Shown here in pieces: positions 40,926-50,962 of a stretch of DNA of 64,000 nucleotides. Origin of the DNA: Ignavibacteriota bacterium (lineage in GTDB: Bacteria > Bacteroidota > Ignavibacteria > UBA10030); assembly GCA_963701295.1 (NCBI GenBank), contig OY969585.1, positions 768,001 to 832,000 of the forward strand, read 5' to 3'. Each line of letters starts with the position of its first letter. Position 1 is the stretch's first letter. The notes beneath the pieces are model-generated. The model worked only from the letters and a program-made list of their open reading frames with translations, searched no databases and was not told the DNA's origin. Both the position numbers and the translations under genes were made by a program.

Positions 40926-42551
40926 ATGAAACATAACGAACTTACAAGGCGCCGAACATTTGGCATTATCAGTCACCCTGATGCTGGAAAAACAACACTC
41001 ACTGAAAAACTGCTGCTCTTCGGCGGTGCAATTCATACGGCAGGCGCAGTGAAGAGCAACAAGATCACAAAAACCGCTACCTCTGATTTCATGGAAATTG
41101 AAAAGCAACGCGGCATCTCCGTTGCAACTTCTGTGATGGGCTTCGAGTACAAAGGATACAAGGTCAACATTTTGGACACACCGGGCCACAAGGATTTTGC
41201 CGAAGATACCTACAGAACTCTTACAGCTGTAGATAGTGTTATCCTTGTGATCGATTGTGTAAAGGGCGTAGAAGAACAAACACGAAAGCTCATGAGCGTC
41301 TGCCGCATGCGAAGCATACCGGTGATCGCGTTCATTAACAAACTGGACAGAGAAGGACGTGATCCATTTGCACTTTTAGACGAACTGGAACGTGAGCTCG
41401 GCATTCATACGCGTCCGCTCACGTGGCCCATAGGCATCGGTGTGCGATTTCAGGGTGTGTACAATTTATTTGAAAAACAATTAGAGCTCTTCTCCCCCAA
41501 TAAAACACATATCTCGGATGATATCGTTGCCATTGACGACATTGCAAGTCCGCTTCTTGATGAACATATCGGTACTGATTCCGCCGCTAAACTTCGTGAG
41601 GATATTGGAATCGTTGAAGGGGTGTATGAGCAGTTTGAGGAAGAACATTACCGTGATGCATATCTTGCTCCGGTTTTTTTCGGCAGCGCTATCAATAATT
41701 TCGGGGTAAAGGAACTTTTGGATACTTTTGTGAAGATTGCTCCTTCTCCACAACCAAGGGAAACAAGTATTAGAACGATCGATCCGGTAGAAAGTTCCTT
41801 CAGCGGGTTCATTTTTAAAATTCATGCGAACCTCGATCCTAACCATCGGGACCGTATTGCATTTTGCCGTGTGTGTTCCGGCAAGTTTGAGCGGAACAAA
41901 TATTATTATCATACGCGTTTAGAAAAAAAATTTCGCTTTGCCACTCCCACAAGCTTCATGGCAAATGAAAAAAGTATTATCGATGAAGCATGGCCTGGTG
42001 ATGTGATTGGACTGTATGACACAGGATACTTTAAGATCGGCGATACGCTTACAGAAGGTGAACATTTTGTTTTTAAAGGGATACCGAGATTTTCACCGGA
42101 AATCTTCCGACAGCTTATCAACAGAAATCCGTTCAAGGCCAAGCAATTAGATAAGGGGATTCGGCAACTTTCCGATGAAGGTGTCGCTCAACTCTTCCTT
42201 CGCCAGCAAGGCAATGTGAAGATCGTCGGTACTGTCGGTGAGATGCAATTTGAAGTTATTAAATTTAGATTGCTGCACGAATACGGTGCGGAGTGCGATT
42301 TACAGTCACTCAATATCTATAAAGCTTTTTGGTTCACGTCGATAAATAAAGAACAATTTGAACGCTTCCTCTCTTTTCAGAATCCCCATATTGCATATGA
42401 CAAAGATGACCATCCGGTCTTTCTTGCCGAAGGAACGTGGTCATTCCATACAGCACAGGAGATGTTTCCTGACATCGAATTCCATCTGACATCCGAGTTT
42501 AAGCACGATACAGATATTGTTCAAAGCATTGGACAATGGGGAACATCTTAA
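40926..42551 (+). CDS. prfC: Peptide chain release factor 3
   Basis: [55 protein letters not shown]. Confidence 0.97.
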   Translation: MKHNELTRRRTFGIISHPDAGKTTLTEKLLLFGGAIHTAGAVKSNKITKTATSDFMEIEKQRGISVATSVMGFEYKGYKVNILDTPGHKDFAEDTYRTLTAVDSVILVIDCVKGVEEQTRKLMSVCRMRSIPVIAFINKLDREGRDPFALLDELERELGIHTRPLTWPIGIGVRFQGVYNLFEKQLELFSPNKTHISDDIVAIDDIASPLLDEHIGTDSAAKLREDIGIVEGVYEQFEEEHYRDAYLAPVFFGSAINNFGVKELLDTFVKIAPSPQPRETSIRTIDPVESSFSGFIFKIHANLDPNHRDRIAFCRVCSGKFERNKYYYHTRLEKKFRFATPTSFMANEKSIIDEAWPGDVIGLYDTGYFKIGDTLTEGEHFVFKGIPRFSPEIFRQLINRNPFKAKQLDKGIRQLSDEGVAQLFLRQQGNVKIVGTVGEMQFEVIKFRLLHEYGAECDLQSLNIYKAFWFTSINKEQFERFLSFQNPHIAYDKDDHPVFLAEGTWSFHTAQEMFPDIEFHLTSEFKHDTDIVQSIGQWGTS

Positions 42552-42659
42552 ATCCCATCTCATGCGTACTCATCCTGACTGAGCGCATAATCAAAAATTA
42601 GTCTATAATTTATTCAAGTAGTTCCGAACGTAGTATGAACGCGAGTAATTCGCCTGCTT

Positions 42660-43421
42660 TTATTTTTCTAATTCGTATGATGTTGGCGTTTTTTTTTTCA
42701 GTATAGCACGTTCAATGATTGTGTGTACTCGCTGGACTTCCTTCAGTACGTCGTTGCCTTGCAATACCGGTCCATGGCCGCACACCAACACCTCTGCCTC
42801 AAGTGCTACAACACGATCCAATGTCGAAAGCCATTGCTGCCAATCCCTGACACTACCTCCCTCGAGATTCGGCAAATATCTACTGACTACACTATCACCA
42901 CAAAAGAGAACTCGTTCCGCAGGCACAAACACACAGAGATTCGTCGGAGTATGGCCTGGGGTAAGTAAAACTTCAGCGTTGAGATTTCCCAGATTGAACT
43001 TTATCTCTGATGTTATTTTATGAATCGGATTGACAATTCTGGTACCTGTATAACCAATTGCTGCTTCCTGTCGTGCCCGCCGGACATCATTTGGAGTACA
43101 TGCTATATACTCATCAATATCGTTTTTTAATTCAGAATCTTGTCGTTGAATGCCAACATGACCGTACACCTCAACACCATAATCTGCAAAATGACTATTG
43201 CCGCTTATATGATCAAGATGCCGTTCTGTATTGATCAAAAGCAACTGATTGGACGGCCGAACTGCTTGGGCATAGCCCCTGATCGTTGCCGCGGCAAGTG
43301 CGTTTGGACCGCTATCTACTATAAGCGTTTTTTTATCGCCAACAATGAATCCAGCATTAACACTCCACGGAGGAGTATATGCAAACCCCAATAAAGCAAA
43401 ACAATGTTGTGTTATTTGCAT
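42660..43421 (-). CDS. MBL-fold metallo-hydrolase (cyclase/glyoxalase II-like)
   Basis: NAGFI, VDSG, TERHLDH, PGHT, GD, GHG. Confidence 0.85.
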   Translation of the reverse strand: MQITQHCFALLGFAYTPPWSVNAGFIVGDKKTLIVDSGPNALAAATIRGYAQAVRPSNQLLLINTERHLDHISGNSHFADYGVEVYGHVGIQRQDSELKNDIDEYIACTPNDVRRARQEAAIGYTGTRIVNPIHKITSEIKFNLGNLNAEVLLTPGHTPTNLCVFVPAERVLFCGDSVVSRYLPNLEGGSVRDWQQWLSTLDRVVALEAEVLVCGHGPVLQGNDVLKEVQRVHTIIERAILKKKTPTSYELEK

Positions 43422-43444
43422 TGATCATTTTGATTTTTTGTATG

Positions 43445-44203
43445 CTAATTATCCTTAAAGTTTTTTGGAGGTACTTTTTTATACCCTGTAGGAACTTCAA
43501 ACTCACTCGCGGCAACTGTCTTTTTCTCAATCTTTGTAACGATCGTTGTCATACCTGCGATGGTTGTTTGGACAGGAAATCCCTCTACCTTCGTCATTGC
43601 TGCAACCATTTCTCCCGCCTTCGGCATCTGAGCTGCCATCCGTTGACTAAATTCTTTAAAATCCTTTTGCATGCTGCTGAAATCGGGCACGTCGGCCGTT
43701 GTCCACACGCTTCCCACTTCGGCGGTATCCTCTTTCATTGTATACTTGTTACATATATACCCGCTGATGTTTTTTTTCTCGGCAGTTTTTATCACGTCGA
43801 TTTTAGCATGTTGTCCTCCCAAAGCTGCTTTCCCCATCATTTGTTCCATCATTTTTCTTTGTTCGGGAGGTAGGTTTTTTAACTTTTCATTCATCTCTTC
43901 CAGTTTTTTATTCGCTTTTTTTGTGTACGCTTCCATTTCTGCGAAGGTCATCTCAGAATATTCTTTCTTTTGTGTGTCTACAAGGTACATCATTTCCTTA
44001 TCGAGACGGAAAATCGTTACATTATTTTCAGCCGATTGCTTAAACATGTGTGATATGTAAGATGATGTAGAATGAATTTGCTTTCCGTTAGCAATCAATA
44101 TCGTTGTGGTGCTTTCCCAGTACAATCCCTGACTAAGGACCATACCAATAGCCGTGACAATCAGCACGATTAGTATTGTTCCCTTCAAAATAATATTTTT
44201 CAT
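43445..44203 (-). CDS. Exported DUF4412-like protein
   Basis: AAGGAG RBS, signal peptide, K.ISGY.C..Y, W, GFP, F.VP.GYKK. Confidence 0.75.
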   Translation of the reverse strand: MKNIILKGTILIVLIVTAIGMVLSQGLYWESTTTILIANGKQIHSTSSYISHMFKQSAENNVTIFRLDKEMMYLVDTQKKEYSEMTFAEMEAYTKKANKKLEEMNEKLKNLPPEQRKMMEQMMGKAALGGQHAKIDVIKTAEKKNISGYICNKYTMKEDTAEVGSVWTTADVPDFSSMQKDFKEFSQRMAAQMPKAGEMVAAMTKVEGFPVQTTIAGMTTIVTKIEKKTVAASEFEVPTGYKKVPPKNFKDN

Positions 44204-44298
44204 GGCTGCTCCTTATGGTTAATGAATGAGACTATTTAATGTAAAAAAATCGTTCATTACTCTCAACAAACAAATTTTATTCTATTTCCTGCACTTTT

Positions 44299-47067
44299 TC
44301 ATCTTTGCACCCGAGAAGTGCCACATATCGATTTCATCGGGCAACCCGGGCATGATACGTTTACATCTTTTGGGGCTTGGAAAGGAACGTTCGCATCGAG
44401 TATTTCTTGGAAGAGCCTCGCAAGGAATTCTTCGATCTTGTGAAGTTCATTCATCTGCTGCATTGTATCTTCGTACAGCGGAACTTCACTTGCCATCGTT
44501 ATCGTCTTCTCACCAAGATATAGATATGCTGGAATGATTTGTTCCGCCGGTAATCGCGATGCATCCCTGTAGAGCAACAGATACAGCGGCAATTGCAGGG
44601 AATGTACTGCATCGCTCCAAGTTGCACGATCATCGAAAGCTAATTTATCAAATCGAATGGGCTTCTTTTTCGGATTAGCACCGGTTTTATAATCCAGAAT
44701 GACATGCGCACTGCCCCGTTCCTCTATACGGTCGGGTTTCCCTTCGCACTTGACGCCCTTGATAAGAGTTGTGAATTTATTTTCAAGCATACGAATAACA
44801 ACTTTTCGGTGTTTAAGCACCTGTGCTTGATATTCCGTCAAATACTCCTTCAACCGACGCTGAATCTGTTGTTTCAAAAGATACACAGCACCACCTGGTT
44901 CTTTTCCGAATGTTTCTGCAAAGAGTTCTTCTGTAAGATCATCCATACGTGCACCGTCAAGGTCAGAAGACTTCACTGAAATATTTATCAATGGTTCAAA
45001 ATACTTTTTCAGCACTGCATGCACGAACTTGCCGACATCCTTCGCTTCGAGGTCATCCGACGCCTTGTCTTTTTCTTCAAGCTTCAAGAGATATCTATAA
45101 TAGAACTTGATTGGACAACGCAGATACGTATCGAAAGCACTCGCACTGAACGAGAATCCGCGCAGCACCGACATAACCTGCTCAGACTTTTCCACAGGAG
45201 CCGGTAATTCATTCGCAAGCTTCAATGTATAACGAACTGTCGCGATCTGCTCTTCGGAGGAACAAGATCGTTTCTTTTTTTCCTCTTCCCACAACAGTTT
45301 TTCGACAAACCGGCTTTTCGTCGTATCTCCTGTATCGGTATAGAAAAGATGAACACGCTTGGCACTCCGCACCAGCAAATTGAAATAATACTCTATCAAA
45401 GCATTCCGATCATGGCGTGTTTCCAACCCAAGACGGTCGCGCAATTGCTGGGGTAACAGCACATCGCTTGTTGGACTGCCGGGAAGAATTTCATCATTCA
45501 CATTGAGAATATAGACATCATCGAACTGTAAGCCGCGGGTTTCCAGCATTCCAAGTACCTGTAAACCACGCAGCGGTGTTCCAGCAAATGGTACTTCTTG
45601 CATCCCAACATACTGCCGGAGAAATGTGAGATACCCCTGCACATCCCGGAACGACACGTTTCCGATCAAAGAATGTTCTACATACTCGAAAACCTCGATC
45701 ATCGTTTCAGCATAGCGCCGAAATAATGGATGTAATCGCGCAGTACTTTCTTCATACATATAGGAAAGCAGTGCAATAGACTTTTGTGAAAACTCAGTGA
45801 GTGAGCCAAGCTGATCAAATGCTCGTATGGTCTGATTGTGGATCGTGCGTACGTGTCGTTTAAGTTGCTCCGGTGTTATTTCCACTCCTTGTTCATTTAA
45901 TACAAAGGCTACGCTGGTAAAGATATCCTCTGCCAGTTCGACATCGTTCAATGACATGAGTTTTTTTGATGCATCGCTTGATATTTTTGTTTCAATCGCG
46001 TGAAACAGAATACGAGTTACGTCGGTGCGTTGGTTCCAGCGGATGTTCTTCGTGTACGGATGAAGAATGAATTTAATATATGATGATGCCGAGAACACAT
46101 CGTTTTGTTTTGTGGTAAGAAGATCAAGCAAATTGTTGAAGAACCCGAAGATCGGTGTCCGGACAACAGGATATCCGAGAGCAATGTTGTACTCTTCTTC
46201 GCCAAGCAAAGTAAGCGTTTGGTGATACACCGGAAAGAGAGAATCAGGCGATGGGAGAACGATGACTGAATGTTCATCCAGAGGCGTTCCTTTCTTCAAC
46301 TGCCGCTCAATACATGCCGAAAGTGCAAACACTTGGCCGTGTGTATCGGATGCTTTGGTATAATGAATCTCTGGCTCATTCTCATCTCTCTTATCGGACT
46401 GATACACCATCCAAACATTCTGGTGATTTTCGATCTCTTGAAAGATGATTTGTTCGGAATGCGTCTGCTTGAAGAGTCCAGCAATGACGATCTTTGAATA
46501 TCTCTCCAGATCAATTTCCTGAATACGGCCTGCAACACCCGCATATCGCATGGCGCGAGTCGCATACCCCGATTCCTCAACGAGTGCATAGAACTGTTTG
46601 TAGTATGCCTGCAAAGAGAAGAGCCGATTGTGTGTTAGCATGCCTAATTCTTCTTCAATCCGTCGATCCGGCAGATGAGCGAGACAAAGTTCTTCCAACT
46701 CGCCGAGGAGTTTCATTCCAAGCGGAAGGAATTCATCGAATGCAGTAAAGTGCTCACCGCCCAACCGTTCACTCAACCCTGCGTGAATGTGATATAATAA
46801 AGCAATTGCATCCATCGGCTCCAGATCTTTACGCGGCTCAGCAAGCTGTTGATAAAGGGAAAGAACAAAATCATCGATAGAGAATATTTTAGGCGGAATA
46901 AAGCTACTGCCAACACGTACTGCAAGTTCCTTGCGAATAAAATGTGCGGGGCGTTTTCCGGGAAACACAACAGCGATACGAGAATAGTCTTTTATGTCCT
47001 TCGGTAACTGGTCGATGACTGTTTTGACAAGAGAATCTTGCGGGCTGATGACAATGCGTCCGTTCAT
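44299..47067 (-). CDS. addB: AddB-like PD-(D/E)XK nuclease subunit with Fe-S cysteines
   Basis: VFPGKR, GMLETRGL.FD, SAS....YLRCP, G.PDRIE, LDYKTG, QL..Y, C..C.....C. Confidence 0.85.
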   Translation of the reverse strand: MNGRIVISPQDSLVKTVIDQLPKDIKDYSRIAVVFPGKRPAHFIRKELAVRVGSSFIPPKIFSIDDFVLSLYQQLAEPRKDLEPMDAIALLYHIHAGLSERLGGEHFTAFDEFLPLGMKLLGELEELCLAHLPDRRIEEELGMLTHNRLFSLQAYYKQFYALVEESGYATRAMRYAGVAGRIQEIDLERYSKIVIAGLFKQTHSEQIIFQEIENHQNVWMVYQSDKRDENEPEIHYTKASDTHGQVFALSACIERQLKKGTPLDEHSVIVLPSPDSLFPVYHQTLTLLGEEEYNIALGYPVVRTPIFGFFNNLLDLLTTKQNDVFSASSYIKFILHPYTKNIRWNQRTDVTRILFHAIETKISSDASKKLMSLNDVELAEDIFTSVAFVLNEQGVEITPEQLKRHVRTIHNQTIRAFDQLGSLTEFSQKSIALLSYMYEESTARLHPLFRRYAETMIEVFEYVEHSLIGNVSFRDVQGYLTFLRQYVGMQEVPFAGTPLRGLQVLGMLETRGLQFDDVYILNVNDEILPGSPTSDVLLPQQLRDRLGLETRHDRNALIEYYFNLLVRSAKRVHLFYTDTGDTTKSRFVEKLLWEEEKKKRSCSSEEQIATVRYTLKLANELPAPVEKSEQVMSVLRGFSFSASAFDTYLRCPIKFYYRYLLKLEEKDKASDDLEAKDVGKFVHAVLKKYFEPLINISVKSSDLDGARMDDLTEELFAETFGKEPGGAVYLLKQQIQRRLKEYLTEYQAQVLKHRKVVIRMLENKFTTLIKGVKCEGKPDRIEERGSAHVILDYKTGANPKKKPIRFDKLAFDDRATWSDAVHSLQLPLYLLLYRDASRLPAEQIIPAYLYLGEKTITMASEVPLYEDTMQQMNELHKIEEFLARLFQEILDANVPFQAPKDVNVSCPGCPMKSICGTSRVQR

Positions 47068-50000
47068 ACGACCACTCGGAGATTCATTCTGTCAACAAAC
47101 GCAAGGACACCCTGTATGCTTCGTTCCGGATAGTAGTTCTTCAGGATATCCATATACCTTTGTACCTGCTCAGTATATCCTTCTTTGTCATCGCCGGTTT
47201 TAAAATCGATCACCGTAACAGTATGCGCATCCACCACAATACGGTCCATGCGGAACAGTCCGCCCTCAGCACTGACAAATTCCTGCTCGTTGAGAACTCT
47301 TCTTCCTGCCTGAGGGGTAAACCATGGTATTATCTCAGGAGAAGATAAAAATCCTGACAGCGTATTCTGCAAACGATGAATATCCATCTCTGCCGTTGCA
47401 TTCAGCGCAAGTTGTTCTATGAGTACGTGGAGTGAATTTTCAATATGCTCGTCAACAAATTCTATCTGCGATAAGATCGCATGAATACGATCACCGCGCT
47501 GTCGTTCATACACAGCCAATTTTTCTGCACTCGTTGTATTCACCGAGATGGAGCGCGTGGCAAACCTTTTTTCTGCTTGCGGCATGAGAATCAAATCTTT
47601 CTTTTCAACATTGGGCTTTGTCGTCTGTTCATAGCCCGTCTGCGGCAGGAATTTAGAAGGCTCGTCGTACTTCTCACTCTTCACGCTGAGAACATACATC
47701 TCTTCCCGCGCACGCGTAAACGCTACATAAAGCTTATTCAGGTCGTCCACATCGTGCGTCAACCGATGCTCATCGTACAACTGCCGGAATTCCTCCAGCG
47801 ACTCCGCTTCTTTCTTCGTTATGTGAAGCAGTCGTATTCCGTCCGTTTCTTCCTTGAAGATGCGTGATGATGGATTCTTCTTCGTATCATACAAGAGAAC
47901 AAGCACCACACGATTGTCAAGACCTTTCGCTTTGTGAATCGTCATGACTTCCACAGCGGCGGTTCCGCGCGGAAGGATGATATTCCATGAACTTTCATCG
48001 CTTTCCTCTTCGGCAAACGTGAGGAAGTCTTTCAGGTTGTTTTGTCCAAGATCTTCAAAGTTCTTGATTACTTCTAACAACTTTGCCAGCGTTCCTTCTT
48101 CTTCACTCACCAACGAGAAGAGCTGGAACCGCTTGAAGATTTCCGTCGCCAGATCATACAAAGGCAAATATCCGACAACCGTAAAAAGTTGTTCAAAATA
48201 TTGCTGCCAAAGCGAAGGATATTGTTCGCGAAATATGATATACAACGGCGCTTGTCGATTTTTTTGCCGCGATTCCAGAACGAATGCTTGAAGATCTTTT
48301 ACGACCAGTGCATTCGATTGTGCACGCAGCATGCATATAAATGTTTTACTCAGAATGAACGATACGAATGCAAGATTGTCGATGGGCGAATCGAGGAAAC
48401 GCATAAGCGCAAGAAGATCGCCAGTAATTCTTCTGCTACGGATATCAAGACTGCTATGCGAGACGAATGGAATCTGTGCACTGTTAAGCCAGCCGCTCAC
48501 TTCCACCACGTCGCTGTTTTTCGGTGTGAGAATGGTGATGTCACCAAACTCATACCCGCGTGCACGGCAATCGGCGATAATGTCCAGAATCTTCTTTCGC
48601 TCCGGCAGAAGCTCGTCATTCGGTTCAAACGAAATGACTTCCACGTACCCTTTGCTGCGGCTATTTTCTTGTACTTCCTGTCTAAATGTGGAAAGCCCAC
48701 TCGCATTCGGTGCATCACTATTGTAGTGCGTCGGAACGATCTCATGAAATACTGTTGTGCTGAACTCGACGATCCGTTCGTAACTTCGATAGTTAACAGC
48801 AAGATCCTTTACCTGTGGTTGTGCGGAAGGGAACACCGTCGTCTCCATGACCTGCTTCATAATGTGCCAATCGGCATGGCGGAAGGCATAAATGGACTGC
48901 TTCGTGTCGCCCACGACAAAGAGACTGCCGCCTTTCGAGAGCGTTTCTTCCAGCAGCGGCTTTAATGCCTCCCACTGAACGCGTGATGTATCCTGAAATT
49001 CGTCGATGAGGTAATGCGCAATCGCATCGCCTAAATAGAAGTACACCTGCGGCACAATTTCTTGCGAGATATACGACACCAGCGCGCGGTTCACATCCGC
49101 AAGATAGATTTGGTTGCTGCGGCGCATACTTAGCTCGATATTCTCACGGAATATCTGGTGCGCCTCAATGGAGGAACGATAATACTGCTCAGCAGACAAA
49201 CGGATATACGCAATCTTCAATGCACGAAACTTTTCTAGGACCGGCTCAAACTGCGCATTCCAATGTTCAACTTTTTCCTTCTCTGCTTTTGTCTTACCTG
49301 ACTTGAGCGGTTTCTCGATGCTTTTAAGCGAAATCAGTTTATCGATGTCGCCGGCATCTGCGGCTGCTACAATATTCTCAAACATCGATGATGTCTCCAA
49401 GCCAGACTGGAGAACGAGTTTTAGTAATTGCTGAAACGTCGCAAGCAGTTCTTTCTGCAAATCTCGCATGCGGGCGCCATCATCATCCGGCAGAAGAACA
49501 TCCTTCGACTGCGCACTGAGTGTATCGTACAATTCGCGCACTTGCTGTGAAAGTTTTTGGAACGGATTCCAGACATAGCGCGCCTGTGATTGCGACTCCA
49601 CAAGCCGTGCGATGAGTTCTTCCAGCAGGCGCTTCTTCGCCGGCTCCGTGGAAAGCTTGCGCACAAATTGTTCAAATGCAGCATCGAGTAAGGGGCGGCT
49701 ATCGAGAAGAATTTCTATGGTTGGAGAGTATCCAAACTCCAGTGCCGATGCGCGGAACACACGCACCAAAAAACTATCGATCGTCTGCACTTGAAATGTA
49801 GAGTAATCTCGCAAAATAGCATCGATCAATTCTCCGCATCTCGCACGGAGCTGTTCTTCGTCCATTGAAACGACATCGAGTAACCAACCAAGAACTTCAT
49901 GGTCGCCATGATATGCTTTCTTCAAGTATTCGAGAACACGTTGGCGCACCTCAGCGGCTGCGTTTTTAGTAAATGTCATTGTCAAGATATTGTTCAGGCC

Positions 50001-50141
50001 ATTGTTTGGGATACACTGAGAGAGCAGCAGTTGCAGCAACTTTAAGGTGAGCGTATGGGTCTTCCCCGATCCTGCTGAAGCAGAAACGACTGTAAAATTG
50101 GGCAGATGAAGTTCGATATCGTTAAGAAGAATGGGGATCAC
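47064..50141 (-). CDS. addA: AddA-like UvrD helicase-nuclease
   Basis: ASAGSGKT, TFT..AA.E, TIDSF, DEFQDTS, VGD.KQSIY.FR, NYRS, TIHKAKGL, YVAFTRA, DR...IDFKTG. Confidence 0.9.
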   Translation of the reverse strand: MIPILLNDIELHLPNFTVVSASAGSGKTHTLTLKLLQLLLSQCIPNNGLNNILTMTFTKNAAAEVRQRVLEYLKKAYHGDHEVLGWLLDVVSMDEEQLRARCGELIDAILRDYSTFQVQTIDSFLVRVFRASALEFGYSPTIEILLDSRPLLDAAFEQFVRKLSTEPAKKRLLEELIARLVESQSQARYVWNPFQKLSQQVRELYDTLSAQSKDVLLPDDDGARMRDLQKELLATFQQLLKLVLQSGLETSSMFENIVAAADAGDIDKLISLKSIEKPLKSGKTKAEKEKVEHWNAQFEPVLEKFRALKIAYIRLSAEQYYRSSIEAHQIFRENIELSMRRSNQIYLADVNRALVSYISQEIVPQVYFYLGDAIAHYLIDEFQDTSRVQWEALKPLLEETLSKGGSLFVVGDTKQSIYAFRHADWHIMKQVMETTVFPSAQPQVKDLAVNYRSYERIVEFSTTVFHEIVPTHYNSDAPNASGLSTFRQEVQENSRSKGYVEVISFEPNDELLPERKKILDIIADCRARGYEFGDITILTPKNSDVVEVSGWLNSAQIPFVSHSSLDIRSRRITGDLLALMRFLDSPIDNLAFVSFILSKTFICMLRAQSNALVVKDLQAFVLESRQKNRQAPLYIIFREQYPSLWQQYFEQLFTVVGYLPLYDLATEIFKRFQLFSLVSEEEGTLAKLLEVIKNFEDLGQNNLKDFLTFAEEESDESSWNIILPRGTAAVEVMTIHKAKGLDNRVVLVLLYDTKKNPSSRIFKEETDGIRLLHITKKEAESLEEFRQLYDEHRLTHDVDDLNKLYVAFTRAREEMYVLSVKSEKYDEPSKFLPQTGYEQTTKPNVEKKDLILMPQAEKRFATRSISVNTTSAEKLAVYERQRGDRIHAILSQIEFVDEHIENSLHVLIEQLALNATAEMDIHRLQNTLSGFLSSPEIIPWFTPQAGRRVLNEQEFVSAEGGLFRMDRIVVDAHTVTVIDFKTGDDKEGYTEQVQRYMDILKNYYPERSIQGVLAFVDRMNLRVVV

Positions 50142-50274
50142 AATTTAGTCAGCTACCATTTTTTTTATCAAAAATGTAGCCAATAAGTCGCTGGGTTGCA
50201 ACGCTGATGCAGGAGAAAAACGAGTTCTATGTATTGTCTTCGAAAGGGAATTAACAACGACAGAAGTAAGCAAG

Positions 50275-50315
50275 AAAAACATCGGGCTGTGAAGGTCTTT
50301 GTTGCCCACACAGCC
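50275..50315 (-). terminator. Possible terminator downstream of the 50333-50902 gene
   Basis: GGCTGTG...CACAGCC stem with an A-run on the left (U-run on the minus strand). Confidence 0.45.
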
Positions 50316-50332
50316 GTTCTAATTTCTTTCGC

Positions 50333-50902
50333 TTAATGCTTTTCGGGATTTTTTAAATCAATAGAGTGAATAATCGATTCCGCTATTTCCACACCGATAC
50401 CGAGGCTAAGGCCTAGCCAGAGCCCCTCAAGATAATTCTTTTGAAACAATGCCGGAGGCAATGCTCGTACTTTGGTGAGAAGAGCAACCGATAATGTCAA
50501 TAGCACAAAGACAGCTCCGTAAAAAACACCTACGAAGAGAAATTTCCATTGTTTAAAATTCGCCAGCTTACGTTCGAAGAGGAAGGCAATGACGACCACC
50601 GACAGGTTGACACCAAAAGACCAGATGGCAGCATTCAATACGGGCATCCATACTGTAGCTATGACGAAAAGAAGTGCACCGACTGAAACAGCTGCGGTGA
50701 TCGTGTTAGAAAGTCCACGGACATGATAAAAAGCAAAAATAAATGATGTACTCATACCATACATGATGAAGTATGCAAATCCGGCTGACTGCGGATCGAA
50801 GATCTCGCTGCCATACACCATCAGTCCGGCAATCATACCTCCTAAAAAACCAAGAACTGTAATCAAAACAAGTCTCCAGAATTCTCCAAACCACTTTTTC
50901 AT
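50333..50902 (-). CDS. Hypothetical integral membrane protein (about 6 TM)
   Basis: AAGGAG RBS, hydrophobic segments throughout. Confidence 0.75.
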   Translation of the reverse strand: MKKWFGEFWRLVLITVLGFLGGMIAGLMVYGSEIFDPQSAGFAYFIMYGMSTSFIFAFYHVRGLSNTITAAVSVGALLFVIATVWMPVLNAAIWSFGVNLSVVVIAFLFERKLANFKQWKFLFVGVFYGAVFVLLTLSVALLTKVRALPPALFQKNYLEGLWLGLSLGIGVEIAESIIHSIDLKNPEKH

Positions 50903-50962
50903 TTTCTTTCTCCTTGTGTTGTCTTTGTAGTATGAACTTTCATTCTGTATCGATCTGCCGAC

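Noticed and set aside
48189-48965. 258-aa plus-strand ORF
   Set aside because: Antisense shadow of addA with no motifs. The same applies to the other shadow ORFs, such as 5517-5999, 20414-20947, 58023-58553 and 63235-63783.
44299-50141. Helicase plus nuclease pair as an anti-phage defence system
   Set aside because: Domain layout and Fe-S cysteines fit housekeeping AddAB recombination repair.
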